Assembly (NCBI GenBank): GCA_001780035.1 | Contig: MFEY01000004.1 | Location: forward strand, 10,399 to 74,398 | Direction of reading: 5' to 3' | Origin: Candidatus Doudnabacteria bacterium RIFCSPHIGHO2_12_FULL_48_16 | GTDB taxonomy: Bacteria > Patescibacteriota > Doudnabacteria > UBA920 > O2-02-FULL-48-8 | Length of the DNA stretch: 64,000 nt | Shown here: one piece after another, positions 36,074-45,409 of the stretch | How positions within the stretch are numbered: position 1 is the first letter of the stretch | Layout: every line of letters starts with the position of its first letter | The notes under the pieces: generated by a model | What the model was told of the DNA's origin: nothing | What the model saw: only the letters and a program-made list of their open reading frames with translations | The model's database searches: none | Program-made: the position numbers and the translations under genes

Positions 36074-37468
36074 ATGTGGCACTTCACGAAAATGCTACGT
36101 GCGTCGTCGTTTACCTTTGGCACATACACAGTTGATGCCGCTCGCTCAACAATCACCTTTACATACCGTGTGGAATTTCAAAGCGGGAGAATAAGGACGT
36201 ATACTGATCGTCTCTTTTTTGAAGGCGTATCACCAGAATTGTGGGAGAAGGTACCCAAAGCCGTGTTAGAGGCGACACTCCAGGCACTGCTCCTTATGAT
36301 CGGCATCAACTACTGGTGTGTCCTCCCGACTAACAATATTCGTATTGAAGGGTTTACGCTTACGCGTGAGCAGGCCCGCTTCTGGGACTCGCTCTATTTA
36401 AATGGACTTGGCGAATTTTTCTATTTCAATAAGATCGATTTCCATAATCTTATTTCTTTTCCGTACGACGATTCCGCTACCGTGCCTAGGGCCGCCCGAT
36501 TCGAACCACCCAAGCGAGCGCTTCTCTTGAACGGAGCGGGTAAAGATTCCATCCTTTCGGCCGAAATGTTGAAAGCGTCAGGTACGCCATTTGATTTTTT
36601 CGCTTTTGCCCCGACACCTGCGCACAAACGTATTGCTGCGCTCGTCGGTGCTAAAACTATAACTGTCAAGCGTCGTCGCGACTCACAACTCGGATGGATC
36701 ACTCTATTCCTTGGAATATCGAGTGCATACCCGTCGGTCTCCACGTTTACGTTCATAGCCACACTGCTCGCTGAACTTCTCGGCTACAACTCGATCATCT
36801 TTTCCAACGAACGCAGCGCTGATTTCGGCAATCTCACCTACCTCGGCTTGCCGGTGAATCATCAATGGTGCAAATCATCCGAGGCAGAAAAGTTGACCAA
36901 CGATTACATACAATCCTTTATAACACCCGACATTTCGATGCGCTCGCTCTTGCGGCAATATAGCGAACTGGAGATTGTGCGGCGTTTCGTGCGCTATCCG
37001 CAGTATCTCTACAACTTTACGAGTTGTAACACCTATTTTTGGCTTCCTCGTATCCAGCAACTCCTGTTACGCACAAATTACTGGTGCAATTCATGTCCGA
37101 AATGCGTATTCCTCTTTGCCTGCTTCTCGGCATTTCTGCCAAAAAAAGAAATGATTAATATCTTCGGTGCCGATCTCTATGCTAAAAAGCACCTCCTGCC
37201 TCTGTTCAGGCGCATCCTTGGCATTGAAGGATTTAAGCCGTTTGATTGTGTTGGTGAACCTGAAGAAATGATTCTCGCTATGCATTATGCGGCACAATGC
37301 AAGGAATATTCCGGTGAACCGGCGATGCGGCTTTTTGAAGAATATTTTCCGCCAGACTACAATTTTGATGAGCTCGCGCGGAGGGTCTTCGCCGATGACC
37401 ATGATGAGATAATGGAGACACGACCTGATCTGTACCCCGAAGTAGTGTCTCATTTGTCCCATTTGTAA
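36074..37468 (+). CDS. murL: MurL-like UDP-MurNAc-L-Ala-L-Glu epimerase
   Basis: GLGEFFY, GAGKDS PP-loop, SNERSA, VNHQWCKS, FTSCN, WCNSCPKC, KPFDCVG. Confidence 0.8.
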   Translation: MWHFTKMLRASSFTFGTYTVDAARSTITFTYRVEFQSGRIRTYTDRLFFEGVSPELWEKVPKAVLEATLQALLLMIGINYWCVLPTNNIRIEGFTLTREQARFWDSLYLNGLGEFFYFNKIDFHNLISFPYDDSATVPRAARFEPPKRALLLNGAGKDSILSAEMLKASGTPFDFFAFAPTPAHKRIAALVGAKTITVKRRRDSQLGWITLFLGISSAYPSVSTFTFIATLLAELLGYNSIIFSNERSADFGNLTYLGLPVNHQWCKSSEAEKLTNDYIQSFITPDISMRSLLRQYSELEIVRRFVRYPQYLYNFTSCNTYFWLPRIQQLLLRTNYWCNSCPKCVFLFACFSAFLPKKEMINIFGADLYAKKHLLPLFRRILGIEGFKPFDCVGEPEEMILAMHYAAQCKEYSGEPAMRLFEEYFPPDYNFDELARRVFADDHDEIMETRPDLYPEVVSHLSHL

Positions 37469-37837
37469 AATTCTCGCCTTAACCATGAGAGCCAAAAAAT
37501 CAAAATAAGACAGCGGTTTGTTACTGTCTCACAGCCAAATGCAACATATCCTAAACCCCGGTTTTAACGTTGCATTTGAACAGCCTGATGAAGTATCTAA
37601 TAATGCCTATTTTGGAACACGGCACGCGGGCTTAAGGCGTGTTCCAAATGTTCCAAAATCCATCTTGGAGTGCAAATCACCAATACTATAGACTGTCCCA
37701 AACTGTCCCATTTTGCTAAAACCAACGCCTACCGAGAGCCATTAATCAACAAGGGAAGGGTTATACCAAAACCTCTTTGAAAATGTTATCATGGGTAAGT
37801 AAGATCGACTTGTTCTGCCAAATGCTTTGAATAAAGT

Positions 37838-37911
37838 GTCTCCCCCCCGCCGTTCGCGAGCGGCGGGGTCTAAAACCGTTCGCGTAGGTCCGATTCCTAC
37901 ATCCCCCGCCA
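37838..37911 (+). pseudogene. Degenerate tRNA-Trp-like 3' half with a palindrome in the anticodon region
   Basis: GTCTCC..[CCCCGCCGTTCGCGAGCGGCGGGG]..AAAACC; T-arm GTAGG-TCCGATT-CCTAC; ends CCCCCGCCA; no 5' half. Confidence 0.65.
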
Positions 37912-37973
37912 AAAAATCACCTGTTCAAGCAGGTGGTTTTTTGATTATAGCCGGCTCAGACGTATGGTTTTGG

Positions 37974-38696
37974 TCATTTGGCCACGGGCAGCGTGAAATA
38001 AAATGTTGTGCCTTTGTTTTCTTCGGACTTAAACCAGATCCGGCCGCCGGAGGCTTCGATAAAAATCTTGGAGATAAACAACCCGAGGCCCGTGCCGGTC
38101 GTTTCAAGAGTCAGCACATTGGTCCCCCGAAAAAAGCGGTTGAATATCTGGCTTTGCTGCTCTTTCGGAATCCCGACTCCGGTATCGGCAATCGAAACCA
38201 GGGCAAACTCCCCGTCCCGGCCGAGGTTAACCGCGATCCGGCCGCCGTCCGGGGTAAAGGCAATGGCATTGGAAATCAGGTTGTTGACCGCTTGCTTGAT
38301 CTTATTCGGTTCGGTGCGCACTAGCGGGAACGGTTCCTGCTCGATCGTAAAACTGACCTGAAGTTTTTTCTTTTTAATTTCTTTTTCTTTTTCCTTAACC
38401 ATGCTCTGGACAATGTCGGTTAAATCCGTCGCTTGCAGATAAAGCTTAGTTTGGCCCTGCTCAATCCGAGAAACTTCCAGCAAATCATTGACCAGGGCGA
38501 TCATGCGCTCGTTAGAGCTGTTAATCTTCTCGATAAAATCTTTTTGCTTTTTGTTGAGATTGCCAGTATCGGATTTTTGCAGTAATTCCAATAACCACTT
38601 AATTCCCGACAACGGCGTGCGCAACTGGTGGGAAGTTAAATTTACGAAATCCGATTGAACCTTGCTTAGCGAATTCTTTTTCTTTTTTTCGGCCAT
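37974..38696 (-). CDS. Sensor-less histidine kinase (HisKA plus HATPase)
   Basis: SHQLRTPL, NLISNA, DTGVGI, GTGLGL. Confidence 0.93.
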   Translation of the reverse strand: MAEKKKKNSLSKVQSDFVNLTSHQLRTPLSGIKWLLELLQKSDTGNLNKKQKDFIEKINSSNERMIALVNDLLEVSRIEQGQTKLYLQATDLTDIVQSMVKEKEKEIKKKKLQVSFTIEQEPFPLVRTEPNKIKQAVNNLISNAIAFTPDGGRIAVNLGRDGEFALVSIADTGVGIPKEQQSQIFNRFFRGTNVLTLETTGTGLGLFISKIFIEASGGRIWFKSEENKGTTFYFTLPVAK

Positions 38697-38701
38697 AAAA
38701 A

Positions 38702-40471
38702 TTATTTAATTGCCGCCGGAGCCGCGACCACCGGGGCCGATTCAGGGCTTATCGGTAAGGCGCAAAAGAAGGTCGAGCCGCGGTCGACTTCCGAAAACAC
38801 CCCGACCGTGCCGCCATGAGCTTCCACGATGCCTTTGCAGATAACCAACCCCAGGCCTGTGCCTTTTTTTTCGGACGCCGCCGATTGCTCAAGCTGGGTG
38901 AACTTATTGAACAGTTTTGACAACTGGTCATCGGGAATTCCCAAACCGGTATCGGTTACGGCCAAAACCAGCTCGTCCGCACCAAAACTTGGATCTTTGA
39001 GTCCCGGCCAAACCAGGCCCTGGGAGGCGACCTTCTCCGACAATTTTTGGCCTTTTTTTAAAATGAATGCCGAGACCATGATTTTACCCTGCTTGGTAAA
39101 TTTGATCGAGTTGGAAATAAAATTGTTAAGAACCTGGCCGATTTTATTGTCATCCACGGATACGGGCCCGATCCCCTCCTCAATCCGGCTTTCGAGGGCC
39201 AGATGATTGTCCTGAGCCAGGGAGCTGAACGACTGGATGCGCATTTTGACCACGTCGCCGATATTGGTTGCGCGCCGCATGATCTGGAACTTGCCGGCTT
39301 CCAGTTTGGCCACATCGAGCAGATCATTGACCAAATCCAGCATCGAAGCGGAGTTGGAAACGATCAATTCAATAAAATCCTGATATTTTTTCTGCTCATT
39401 CTTTATCTTGTCCTCTTTGAGCAGGTTGGCAATCGAGCGGATGCCGGTCAACGGGCTGCGTAATTCATGGACCATCATGGAAGTGAAATCGTCCCGCATT
39501 TTTTCGATGGCTTTTTCCTTGGTGATATCATGAAATAAAACCACCGCGCCCAGAGCCTCGTTGGCCGAATCTTTCACCGGGCTGATCAGAATTCGCAAGA
39601 CTTTGTCGTTGATTTGAACCTGCTCCTCCACCAAGAGCTTGTCGTTGCGGATACTTTCTTCGATTTTGGTCCGCAGGTCCATTTTCGAAGCCAACTGATC
39701 CAAGACATCAAAAATCGTGGCCGAAGATTTGGCAATGCCGAGCATTAGCCGGGCCTGCGGGTTGATTACCAGCAGCCGATTTTTTGTATCCACCATCAAC
39801 ACTCCGTCGGCCATGGATTCGACCATGGAGTTTAGCTTGCCTTTTTCCTGGGTCAGAATGTTTTCGAGTTTCGACACCGCGGTGGAAGCCTGGTTCATAA
39901 TCGTATAAAGAATTGTCATTTCTTCTTCTTTATACAGACCGTCTTTGGTGGAAGAAATGTTGAGCAAGCCAACCGGCTGGTCGTTGATCACAACCGGGAT
40001 GTTGAAGAACGATTTGGCCGAGTTCTTGTTTGTCTCGTCGGTAATGGTGCCGGAAATGCTTTCATCGATCTCATCGAGTTTAATTTCATGGCCGGCGAGA
40101 GCTGATAGTGCCGCTACCATGCCATTTTTAACTTCCGTAATGAAATTTTTATTGACTGATTCTTCTAGAACGCAATGGAAAATGACCTTACCTTCTTCGC
40201 CCAGCAACAAATAACCGACGGTCGAGTAATCCAAAAGGTTGCGCAAGGAGCCGATGATAACATCCACAATTTTTTGCACATTTAACGAATAACCGATGCG
40301 GTCGCCCAGTTCCTTCAAAATGGAAACTTCATACATGCGCCGCTGCATTTCCGTTTCTTTTGTATGCAGGCTATTGCGCATCCGCTTATTCTCGATCCAA
40401 ATAAAAACAAGGACAATCGCCGTATAGATTGCCAGAAGTGAAAAGATTTGAGTATATTGAAGCCCAAACAT
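38702..40471 (-). CDS. Sensor histidine kinase (TM-GAF-PAS-HisKA-HATPase)
   Basis: SMADGVLMVD PAS start, HELRSPL, NFISNS, DTGLGI, GTGLGL. Confidence 0.93.
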   Translation of the reverse strand: MFGLQYTQIFSLLAIYTAIVLVFIWIENKRMRNSLHTKETEMQRRMYEVSILKELGDRIGYSLNVQKIVDVIIGSLRNLLDYSTVGYLLLGEEGKVIFHCVLEESVNKNFITEVKNGMVAALSALAGHEIKLDEIDESISGTITDETNKNSAKSFFNIPVVINDQPVGLLNISSTKDGLYKEEEMTILYTIMNQASTAVSKLENILTQEKGKLNSMVESMADGVLMVDTKNRLLVINPQARLMLGIAKSSATIFDVLDQLASKMDLRTKIEESIRNDKLLVEEQVQINDKVLRILISPVKDSANEALGAVVLFHDITKEKAIEKMRDDFTSMMVHELRSPLTGIRSIANLLKEDKIKNEQKKYQDFIELIVSNSASMLDLVNDLLDVAKLEAGKFQIMRRATNIGDVVKMRIQSFSSLAQDNHLALESRIEEGIGPVSVDDNKIGQVLNNFISNSIKFTKQGKIMVSAFILKKGQKLSEKVASQGLVWPGLKDPSFGADELVLAVTDTGLGIPDDQLSKLFNKFTQLEQSAASEKKGTGLGLVICKGIVEAHGGTVGVFSEVDRGSTFFCALPISPESAPVVAAPAAIK

Positions 40472-40483
40472 CAAAAGAATTGA

Positions 40484-40789
40484 TTAAGCTTTGGTGGCAG
40501 CAGCCAGTTGGGAAAAGCCGACTCCCAGCATTATCAGGCCCAGTAAACTTAAGCTATCCTGAGCCAGTGACAAACTGGGGCTGTTGGCAATTATGGAAAA
40601 ATTGATCAAGACCCGCTCCAGCACGGCCACGGCCACAAACAACATGCCCAAGCCCAAAAAACGGACGGCCCGCCCGATGATCCCGCCGTAAACCCTGGTC
40701 GTGACCCAGAGGTTATAAAACACACCGATGATTATGATGGCAATGAAGGCCTGGATGAACAAATTGGCCTGGGACGAAAAATCGTACAT
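40484..40789 (-). CDS. Small three-TM membrane protein
   Basis: 101 aa hydrophobic ORF within the kinase operon. Confidence 0.75.
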   Translation of the reverse strand: MYDFSSQANLFIQAFIAIIIIGVFYNLWVTTRVYGGIIGRAVRFLGLGMLFVAVAVLERVLINFSIIANSPSLSLAQDSLSLLGLIMLGVGFSQLAAATKA

Positions 40790-40792
40790 ATT

Positions 40793-41062
40793 TTAAATAT
40801 TTAATTTTATTCCCGGGTATTTGGCAAACACGGGATTGAGAATATTTTTGACAATCTGTCCGGACAAGGCGATATATTCGTTGATCAGATTTTGCAAAAT
40901 TTGCTGCGGATCCCCGTCCAGGCTTTCCACTTTGCCGGAACTGTCAAAATTCAAGCCGGTCACATTTTTCGCCTTGATCAAAACGATCGACGGCCCCAAA
41001 ATCAGCGTCTGCTTGGCAATAATGTCGTTGATAAGATTTTTGTAATCTTCGGGTTCAGCCAT
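40793..41062 (-). CDS. Small soluble hypothetical protein in the two-component operon
   Basis: 89-aa ORF with tight operon spacing. Confidence 0.75.
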   Translation of the reverse strand: MAEPEDYKNLINDIIAKQTLILGPSIVLIKAKNVTGLNFDSSGKVESLDGDPQQILQNLINEYIALSGQIVKNILNPVFAKYPGIKLNI

Positions 41063-41093
41063 TTGATTTGAGTTTCTACAGACGGGGGTTTAA

Positions 41094-41519
41094 TTAAGCT
41101 TGCGGCGGCACCGTTGGCGTCGCGAGTGTCCCAAATTGTTTGCGTTCAAGCACGGTTTTAATCTTGCTGACCAGTTCTTCCAGGCGGTAATTGGCCTTGA
41201 CCAGATAGTCCATGGCGCCAAGCGATAATGCGTCCGAAACTTTGTCATAGTCGGAAAGGTTAGTCAAAATTACGACCGGGATATCTTTGCTAGCCGGACT
41301 GTCTTTGATTTGCTTGAGAGCCCCGATGCCATCTAGGCGCGGCATAACCAAATCCAAAAGAATCAAATCTGGTTTTTCTGAAGCCGCTTTTTCGACCCCC
41401 TCGACTCCGTCTTTGGCGCCGACTACTTCAAAGCCCTCTTGTTTAAGTTCCTCGGACAGAGCGGTTAGAAGAATTTCCTCGTCTTCAACGACCAAAATCC
41501 TAGTTTTTTTGTCTTCCAT
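41094..41519 (-). CDS. Single-domain response regulator
   Basis: ILVVEDE, LILLDLVMP..DG, ILTN, YLVK. Confidence 0.95.
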   Translation of the reverse strand: MEDKKTRILVVEDEEILLTALSEELKQEGFEVVGAKDGVEGVEKAASEKPDLILLDLVMPRLDGIGALKQIKDSPASKDIPVVILTNLSDYDKVSDALSLGAMDYLVKANYRLEELVSKIKTVLERKQFGTLATPTVPPQA

Positions 41520-41645
41520 GCTATTTTTGTTAATAATTTGTTTCTTTGAGCTAATTTAAAGCTTTAATATTATAGCATAAACATCTGTCAAAAGTAAAAT
41601 AATATTCCCGTAAAGAAAAAATACCTCTTTTCGAGGTATTTTTTC

Positions 41646-41732
41646 TGGTGGGCAGGATAGGATTCGAACCTATGAAGGCGCAAGGCCAGCTGATTTACAG
41701 TCAGCCGCGTTTGACCACTTCGCTACCTGCCC
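41646..41732 (-). tRNA. tRNA-Tyr(GTA)
   Basis: Anticodon arm GCTGA-CTGTAAA-TCAGC, long variable arm, CCA end. Confidence 0.96.
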
Positions 41733-41775
41733 CTTCGGGGTCCCCAAAAAATGTTTTAGCATTTTTGGGGTTTTC

Positions 41776-41851
41776 TGGAGCCGGCTGTCGGATTTGAACC
41801 GACGACCTGCTGTTTACAAAACAGCTGCTCTGCCAACTGAGCTAAGCCGGC
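41776..41851 (-). tRNA. tRNA-Thr(TGT)
   Basis: Anticodon arm GCTGT-TTTGTAA-ACAGC, ends TCCA. Confidence 0.96.
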
Positions 41852-41873
41852 ATGTCCGACAAGCTATTTTAGC

Positions 41874-42725
41874 CTATATTTTTAATTTCATCAATTTCTC
41901 CCGGGCGAATTTGTTGGTCGGTTCAACCGCCAAAATTTGCTCCAGAACTTCTTCGGCGCGGACTTGGTTTCCAATTTTTATGTAAGCATCAGCCAGCAGC
42001 GTCAAATAATTGGTATTCAGTTTATCGAGCGTGATCGCCTGACTGAGCGCCTTAATGGCCCGGACGGTTTCGTCCAGGGCTAGGAAACAGAGCGCCAAAT
42101 TAATCCAGCGAGTCGGGATTTTACTGTTAATGGCCAGGGCTTTTTCGTAGCACTGCACGGCCTTGGGAAATTCTCCCAGAGAATAATAAGACAATCCCAG
42201 ATTGCTAAAATAAATATCGCGGGCGGGATCAAGCTTGATCAGATACTCATAAGTCTGGGCTGCTTCCGTAAAGTTTTTAACCTGAAGATAATGCCGACCA
42301 AGGGATTCGTAAGCCTGTTTGTCGGTGGGATTTTTTTTGATCGCTTCTAGGTAAGTCTCTTCCGGATTCAAGCGCTCCCCGGTTTTCACAGTCAACTCCT
42401 GGGCCTCCGGCAGCCAGAGCGGCTCTTGTTCGGACGAGCGGATCCGGATCCGGAAGACGCTCTTGACTTTCTGATACTGAGTTTGAATGGTTTTGGCAGT
42501 AGCGGGTTTTAAATCCTTAGCCTCCAGGACAAAATGCCACAGGCTCTGGCCCATAACCTTCAGCTTGGACCTAAAATAAGTCCGGAGCCGGGTCGGTTGC
42601 TCGACCGCGCTGGTTAATCGAACTTTAACTAGCGGGCGTTGAAGGACCTGGGAAAACCGAAACAAAAACAAACCCATGATTGTGAGCAGTGAGACAATGA
42701 AAACAATGGCGGCAAAAATTACCAT
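41874..42725 (-). CDS. Membrane-anchored TPR protein
   Basis: N-terminal TM; TPR repeats (AYESLG, YFSNLG, WINLA). Confidence 0.9.
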   Translation of the reverse strand: MVIFAAIVFIVSLLTIMGLFLFRFSQVLQRPLVKVRLTSAVEQPTRLRTYFRSKLKVMGQSLWHFVLEAKDLKPATAKTIQTQYQKVKSVFRIRIRSSEQEPLWLPEAQELTVKTGERLNPEETYLEAIKKNPTDKQAYESLGRHYLQVKNFTEAAQTYEYLIKLDPARDIYFSNLGLSYYSLGEFPKAVQCYEKALAINSKIPTRWINLALCFLALDETVRAIKALSQAITLDKLNTNYLTLLADAYIKIGNQVRAEEVLEQILAVEPTNKFAREKLMKLKI

Positions 42726-42733
42726 AGGTATTG

Positions 42734-43318
42734 TTAGACACCCAAAACAAATCTGACAAACCGGCGCACTTGGATATTTTCGCCGAGCTTACCGACTTTT
42801 TCGGCGACCAGATCTTTAACTTTTTTGTCTGGCTCACGCACGTATGGCTGATCCAGCAGGCAAACCTGTTCGTAATATTTTTCCAGCTTGCCGGCCATAA
42901 TTTGCTCCTGCATATTCGCCGGCTTGTCCTTGATTTGTTCCGCGTAAATCTGCTTTTCATTATCAATCGCGTTGGCTGGCACTTCTTCGCGCGAAACATA
43001 CAGTGGCGAAGCTGCCGCAATATGGAGGGCAATTTCATTGCCCAATTCTTTAAATTCCTGATTGCGGGCCACGAAGTCCGTTTCGCAGTTAAGCTCCAGC
43101 AGCACCCCGACCTTATCGCCGGCGTGGATATACGAGGTTATAATTCCTTCTTTCGCCGAGCGTTCAGCTTTTTTGGCCAGGGACGCGTGGCCTTTCTTAC
43201 GCAAATAAACCACGGCGTCCTGAAAACTGGCTGATTCCTGGAGGGCTTTTTTGGCGTCCATCATTCCGGCGCCGGTCTGGTCCCGCAATTTTTTGATTTC
43301 ATCTGGTGTAATATTCAT
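42734..43318 (-). CDS. tsf: Elongation factor Ts (short form)
   Basis: LRDQTGAGMMDAKKAL, ELNCETDFVA. Confidence 0.97.
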   Translation of the reverse strand: MNITPDEIKKLRDQTGAGMMDAKKALQESASFQDAVVYLRKKGHASLAKKAERSAKEGIITSYIHAGDKVGVLLELNCETDFVARNQEFKELGNEIALHIAAASPLYVSREEVPANAIDNEKQIYAEQIKDKPANMQEQIMAGKLEKYYEQVCLLDQPYVREPDKKVKDLVAEKVGKLGENIQVRRFVRFVLGV

Positions 43319-43365
43319 ACGTTTATTTTTTTAATCTTATAGCTATCAACTTTCAATTATTGTGG

Positions 43366-44097
43366 CTATTTCGCGACCGCTGCGGCTTCGGTCTGCGTGA
43401 TCATGTTCTGAGACAGCTGAACCCGACCTTCATTGATCGCCTCAGCCATAATGTGCGCCATAAAGCTGATAACCTTAATTGCATCATCGTTGGACGGGAT
43501 CATGTAATCGATTTTGGTCGGGTCGGAATTGGTATCCACGATTCCGATCACTTTGACTTTGCTCTGGCGCGATTCTTCCACCGGAATATGGTCATATTTG
43601 GCGTCAAGAACGAAAATTGCGTCCGGCAGCTTTTTCATGTCTTTGATCCCGGAAAAAAATGTTTTCATTTTTTCCACTTCTCGGGCAATCATCAGCTGTT
43701 CTTTCTTTGTGTATTTTTTGATCTCGCCGTCTGCGATCATTTTTTCATATCGGTCCATTTTTTTGATCGTTCGCTGGATCGTCCGGAAGTTGGTAAATGT
43801 CCCGCCTAGCCAGCGTGTGACCACGTAGGGCATGCCGCAGGATTCGGCGGCTTTGCGAACGTCTTCTTTGGCTTGCCGCTTGGTACCCACGAATAAGATT
43901 GTTCCACCGGCACTGGCTGTGACCTTGGCAAAATTCAAAGCTTCCAACAATTTTTGCTTGGTTTTTTCCAAATCAAAAATATGGATGCTGTTGCGGGTGG
44001 TAAAGATAAAGGGAGCCATTTTGGGATTCCACAACGATTTCTTGTGTCCAAAATGCACGCCCGCCTTTAACATCTCCATCAAGGTGATGTTGCGCAT
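43366..44097 (-). CDS. rpsB: 30S ribosomal protein S2
   Basis: AGVHFGH, WNPKM, FVGTKRQA, RWLGGTFTNF, PSNDDA. Confidence 0.98.
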   Translation of the reverse strand: MRNITLMEMLKAGVHFGHKKSLWNPKMAPFIFTTRNSIHIFDLEKTKQKLLEALNFAKVTASAGGTILFVGTKRQAKEDVRKAAESCGMPYVVTRWLGGTFTNFRTIQRTIKKMDRYEKMIADGEIKKYTKKEQLMIAREVEKMKTFFSGIKDMKKLPDAIFVLDAKYDHIPVEESRQSKVKVIGIVDTNSDPTKIDYMIPSNDDAIKVISFMAHIMAEAINEGRVQLSQNMITQTEAAAVAK

Positions 44098-44099
44098 AA

Positions 44100-44270
44100 A
44101 CTATAAGTTCCTTTCTTCGGCTACTTTCGTCATCTGATTGTCGGATTTCCACGGTTCATTGTCTTGATCCGTAAAAACAGGCCCGAAACCATCAGCCACC
44201 GCCTTAGCGGGGTCCCGCCTACTATTTAGACCAATAGCAGTGGCGGGAAAAGTATGAATGATTAATAGCC
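44100..44270 (-). promoter_or_regulatory. Long structured rpsB leader
   Basis: Promoter TTGCTT-17-TAAACT (44276-44304); hairpin TCCCGCC...GGCGGGA; rpsB leaders are autoregulatory in other bacteria. Confidence 0.5.
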
Positions 44271-44314
44271 AAACGAGTTTAACATAAAACCGTCCGGAAA
44301 GCAAGACAGGCAAG

Positions 44315-44829
44315 AAAAAAGAGGCGCCAAACGGGGAGCCTCGAACGCTAAGGGGGGTGACCAGGCTCGCAGAATCGCTACGAACCAAGGCGGAGTCGGT
44401 GGCAGCGCCCGGTGAGTCAAAACGCGTTGACCCAGTCACTCCCCCTCGTTTCCGTTGTTTCCGGCCCTGAATGTGTTCGTGTAAGTTTTGTCTTCACCTG
44501 TTATGAAGCCTTACAAGAACAGTCAGCCAGTCAGTGTGTCACATCACCGCCGGTTTTTTGACCTTCCGCAACGGAAATTTAATTCCCTCTTTATAATTCG
44601 GGTAAGCCGGACCAAAGTTAGCTAGGCGCTCCCAAAGCGCCCCGGCCCACTCCGGTCCGGCTCCTCACTTGCCGATCCTTCCCCTCCAATGGTGCGTCAA
44701 AACAGCATCAAGCTCTCCGGCTGCAAAAAATTGCCGGGGCATCAGATAACTGCTCTGAAACAGCTGTGTCGAAGCTGAGAACCCTAACAGCTGTTTTTTC
44801 CTCGCCGAGGACCGAACAAGATCGTAAGT
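44315..44829 (-). ncRNA. Candidate large structured non-coding RNA (~515 nt)
   Basis: Own promoter TTGACA-17-TAGGGT (44836-44864); hairpin plus T6 terminator (44315-44342); at least five long stems; no credible ORF. Confidence 0.6.
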
Positions 44830-44913
44830 AAGCACACCCTAACAATTTTTGGCCGGACTGTCAATCCCGCTTGACCGGATCGGGTTTTTGTGCTAGAATT
44901 TTTGAGCTATGAA

Positions 44914-45021
44914 TCCCATTAGAAATTCGAATGCATTCAAACTACTGCATAAGAATTATAACCAGCGGGGAATAATACAAGCTAAGCCAATTTACTAACT
45001 AATCAAAATTTCTAAACGGGA
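44914..45021. mobile_element. MITE-like element, TCCCGTTAGAAAT family (copy D)
   Basis: Imperfect TIR TCCCATTAGAAATT / AATTTCTAAACGGGA; ATGAA on both flanks; abuts the rpmE start codon. Confidence 0.75.
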
Positions 45022-45269
45022 TGAAAAAAGACTTACACCCCCAATATTTTACCAACGCGAAGATTGTTTGCGCCTGCGGCAATACCTTTGTTACCGGCTC
45101 TACCAAGCAAGAGCTGCATGTTGAAATTTGCGCCAACTGCCATCCGTTCTACACCGGCAAACAAAACCTGATCGACGCTGCGGGGACGATTGATAAATTC
45201 AAGAAAAAAGCGGCCAAGAGCACGGAACTGAAAGCCAAGAAAATTTCTAAAAAACTCCAAGCCGCTTAA
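45021..45269 (+). CDS. rpmE: 50S ribosomal protein L31
   Basis: [26 protein letters not shown]. Confidence 0.97.
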   Translation: MKKDLHPQYFTNAKIVCACGNTFVTGSTKQELHVEICANCHPFYTGKQNLIDAAGTIDKFKKKAAKSTELKAKKISKKLQAA

Positions 45270-45409
45270 TATACAAAAAATACGCCAAAAGAGCTATACT
45301 TCAGCTAGGCGTATTTTTTGTTAATTTTCAATTAACAAGCATCAATGATCAAATAATAATCAATAAATCAATTGTCAATTAAATACTTGAAAATTGATAA
45401 TTAACCCAT

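Noticed and set aside
37827-38324. 165-aa plus-strand ORF
   Set aside because: Made of the pseudo-tRNA, a terminator and the antisense strand of the histidine kinase
44101-44439. 112-aa ORF upstream of rpsB
   Set aside because: Crosses a terminator and the rpsB promoter and leader; no recognisable motifs
44315-44829. RNase P RNA, tmRNA or group II intron
   Set aside because: CCGGCTTA and GAGCCGG look-alikes occur, but there is no GAGGAAAGTCC P4 strand, no tRNA-like ends or tag frame, and the hairpin is too long for domain V
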